From the human T2T-CHM13v2.0 reference genome, Homo sapiens: a DNA stretch of 64,000 nucleotides. The position numbers and the translations under genes were made by a program. The notes under the pieces are model-generated. The model was not told the DNA's origin, made no database searches, and saw nothing but the letters and a program-made list of their open reading frames with translations. The DNA lies in NCBI RefSeq assembly GCF_009914755.1, contig NC_060937.1; one strand, given 5' to 3'. Numbering within the stretch: position 1 is the first letter of the stretch; each line of letters opens with the position of its first letter. Shown in pieces: positions 63,366 through 64,000 of this stretch.

Positions 63366-63490
63366 CCCACCCTCCTTGATTTTCAGCTCACTAACGATAC
63401 TGGATATTGTGCTACCCATTTTCATATAAGGGTCTATAGATGTAGTAGGAGCTAAATACGTGTAAGTCAAACGGATAACTGAGGCATGTT
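63366..63490 (-). CDS. Candidate internal coding exon, 125 nt (xHASVIRLTYTYLAPTTSIDPYMKMGSTISSIVSELKIKEGG)
   Basis: Acceptor gttatttttattag and donor GGG|gtaaga; exactly one open frame (phase 1 in, phase 0 out); non-repeat sequence with 3 CpGs. Protein not recognised. Confidence 0.45.
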
Positions 63491-64000
63491 CTAATAAAAA
63501 TAACATTATTATTACTTGTATTATGTCCCTAACTTTGATAGCTTTATCCAATAGCAGAATGCATATTAGCCAGAATTTATTGGTCTACTATTACCACTGC
63601 TGCAGAACATCCTATAGCAGTTTACTTCTAAAATAATTTTTTGGATAAGGTATCATAATTTGTTTTACTACATATATCAGCAAACAATTGACTTCTTTAT
63701 TGAAGTATATCTTGTAGTAAACGTATTCTAGTAAACACAGTATGTCAATATGATCTACAACAAATATAATAATACAGCCTCTAAACCATATTTATTTGTA
63801 TAATCCTTCCACTTTTGCTTTATTCTACAGTAAGGCTAACTCTGGAATATTACGTTTAATGATAGAGGGAGGTAGAAGTAACACAAGGGGAAAGTCCAGG
63901 GGGCTTTCTAGCGTTCAGCTCTCTACAGCTAACTGGCTATTCACTATAATTTCATTACTTTACTTTGCTGAAAATCAATTTCCACATCTATGAAATAAAA

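Overview
Primate (almost certainly human) non-coding DNA, AT-rich, with no CpG island. It is heavily repeat-derived: 22 Alus (17 on +, 5 on -), many old L1M fragments mostly on +, one young L1PA2/3 3' end, L2/MIR relics, solo MaLR/ERV1 LTRs and DNA-transposon fossils including a near-full-length Tigger1. None of the listed ORFs is a credible stand-alone gene; they are Alu, L1, Tigger or low-complexity artefacts. The L1 orientation bias, the A-rich + strand and several minus-strand splice-site pairs suggest introns and/or the 3' end of a large minus-strand gene. I could not identify that gene, and all exon calls are tentative. I found no RNA gene, CRISPR array or new protein-coding system. The most unusual signals are two fossil DNA-repair scars made by copying nearby DNA: a multi-switch templated insertion at about 12.17-12.38 kb and an inverted 96-bp insertion at 28.0 kb. 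Also notable are an old twin-primed L1 inversion and a possible microexon/recursive splice site. Repeat subfamily names come from memory of consensus sequences, not from a search.
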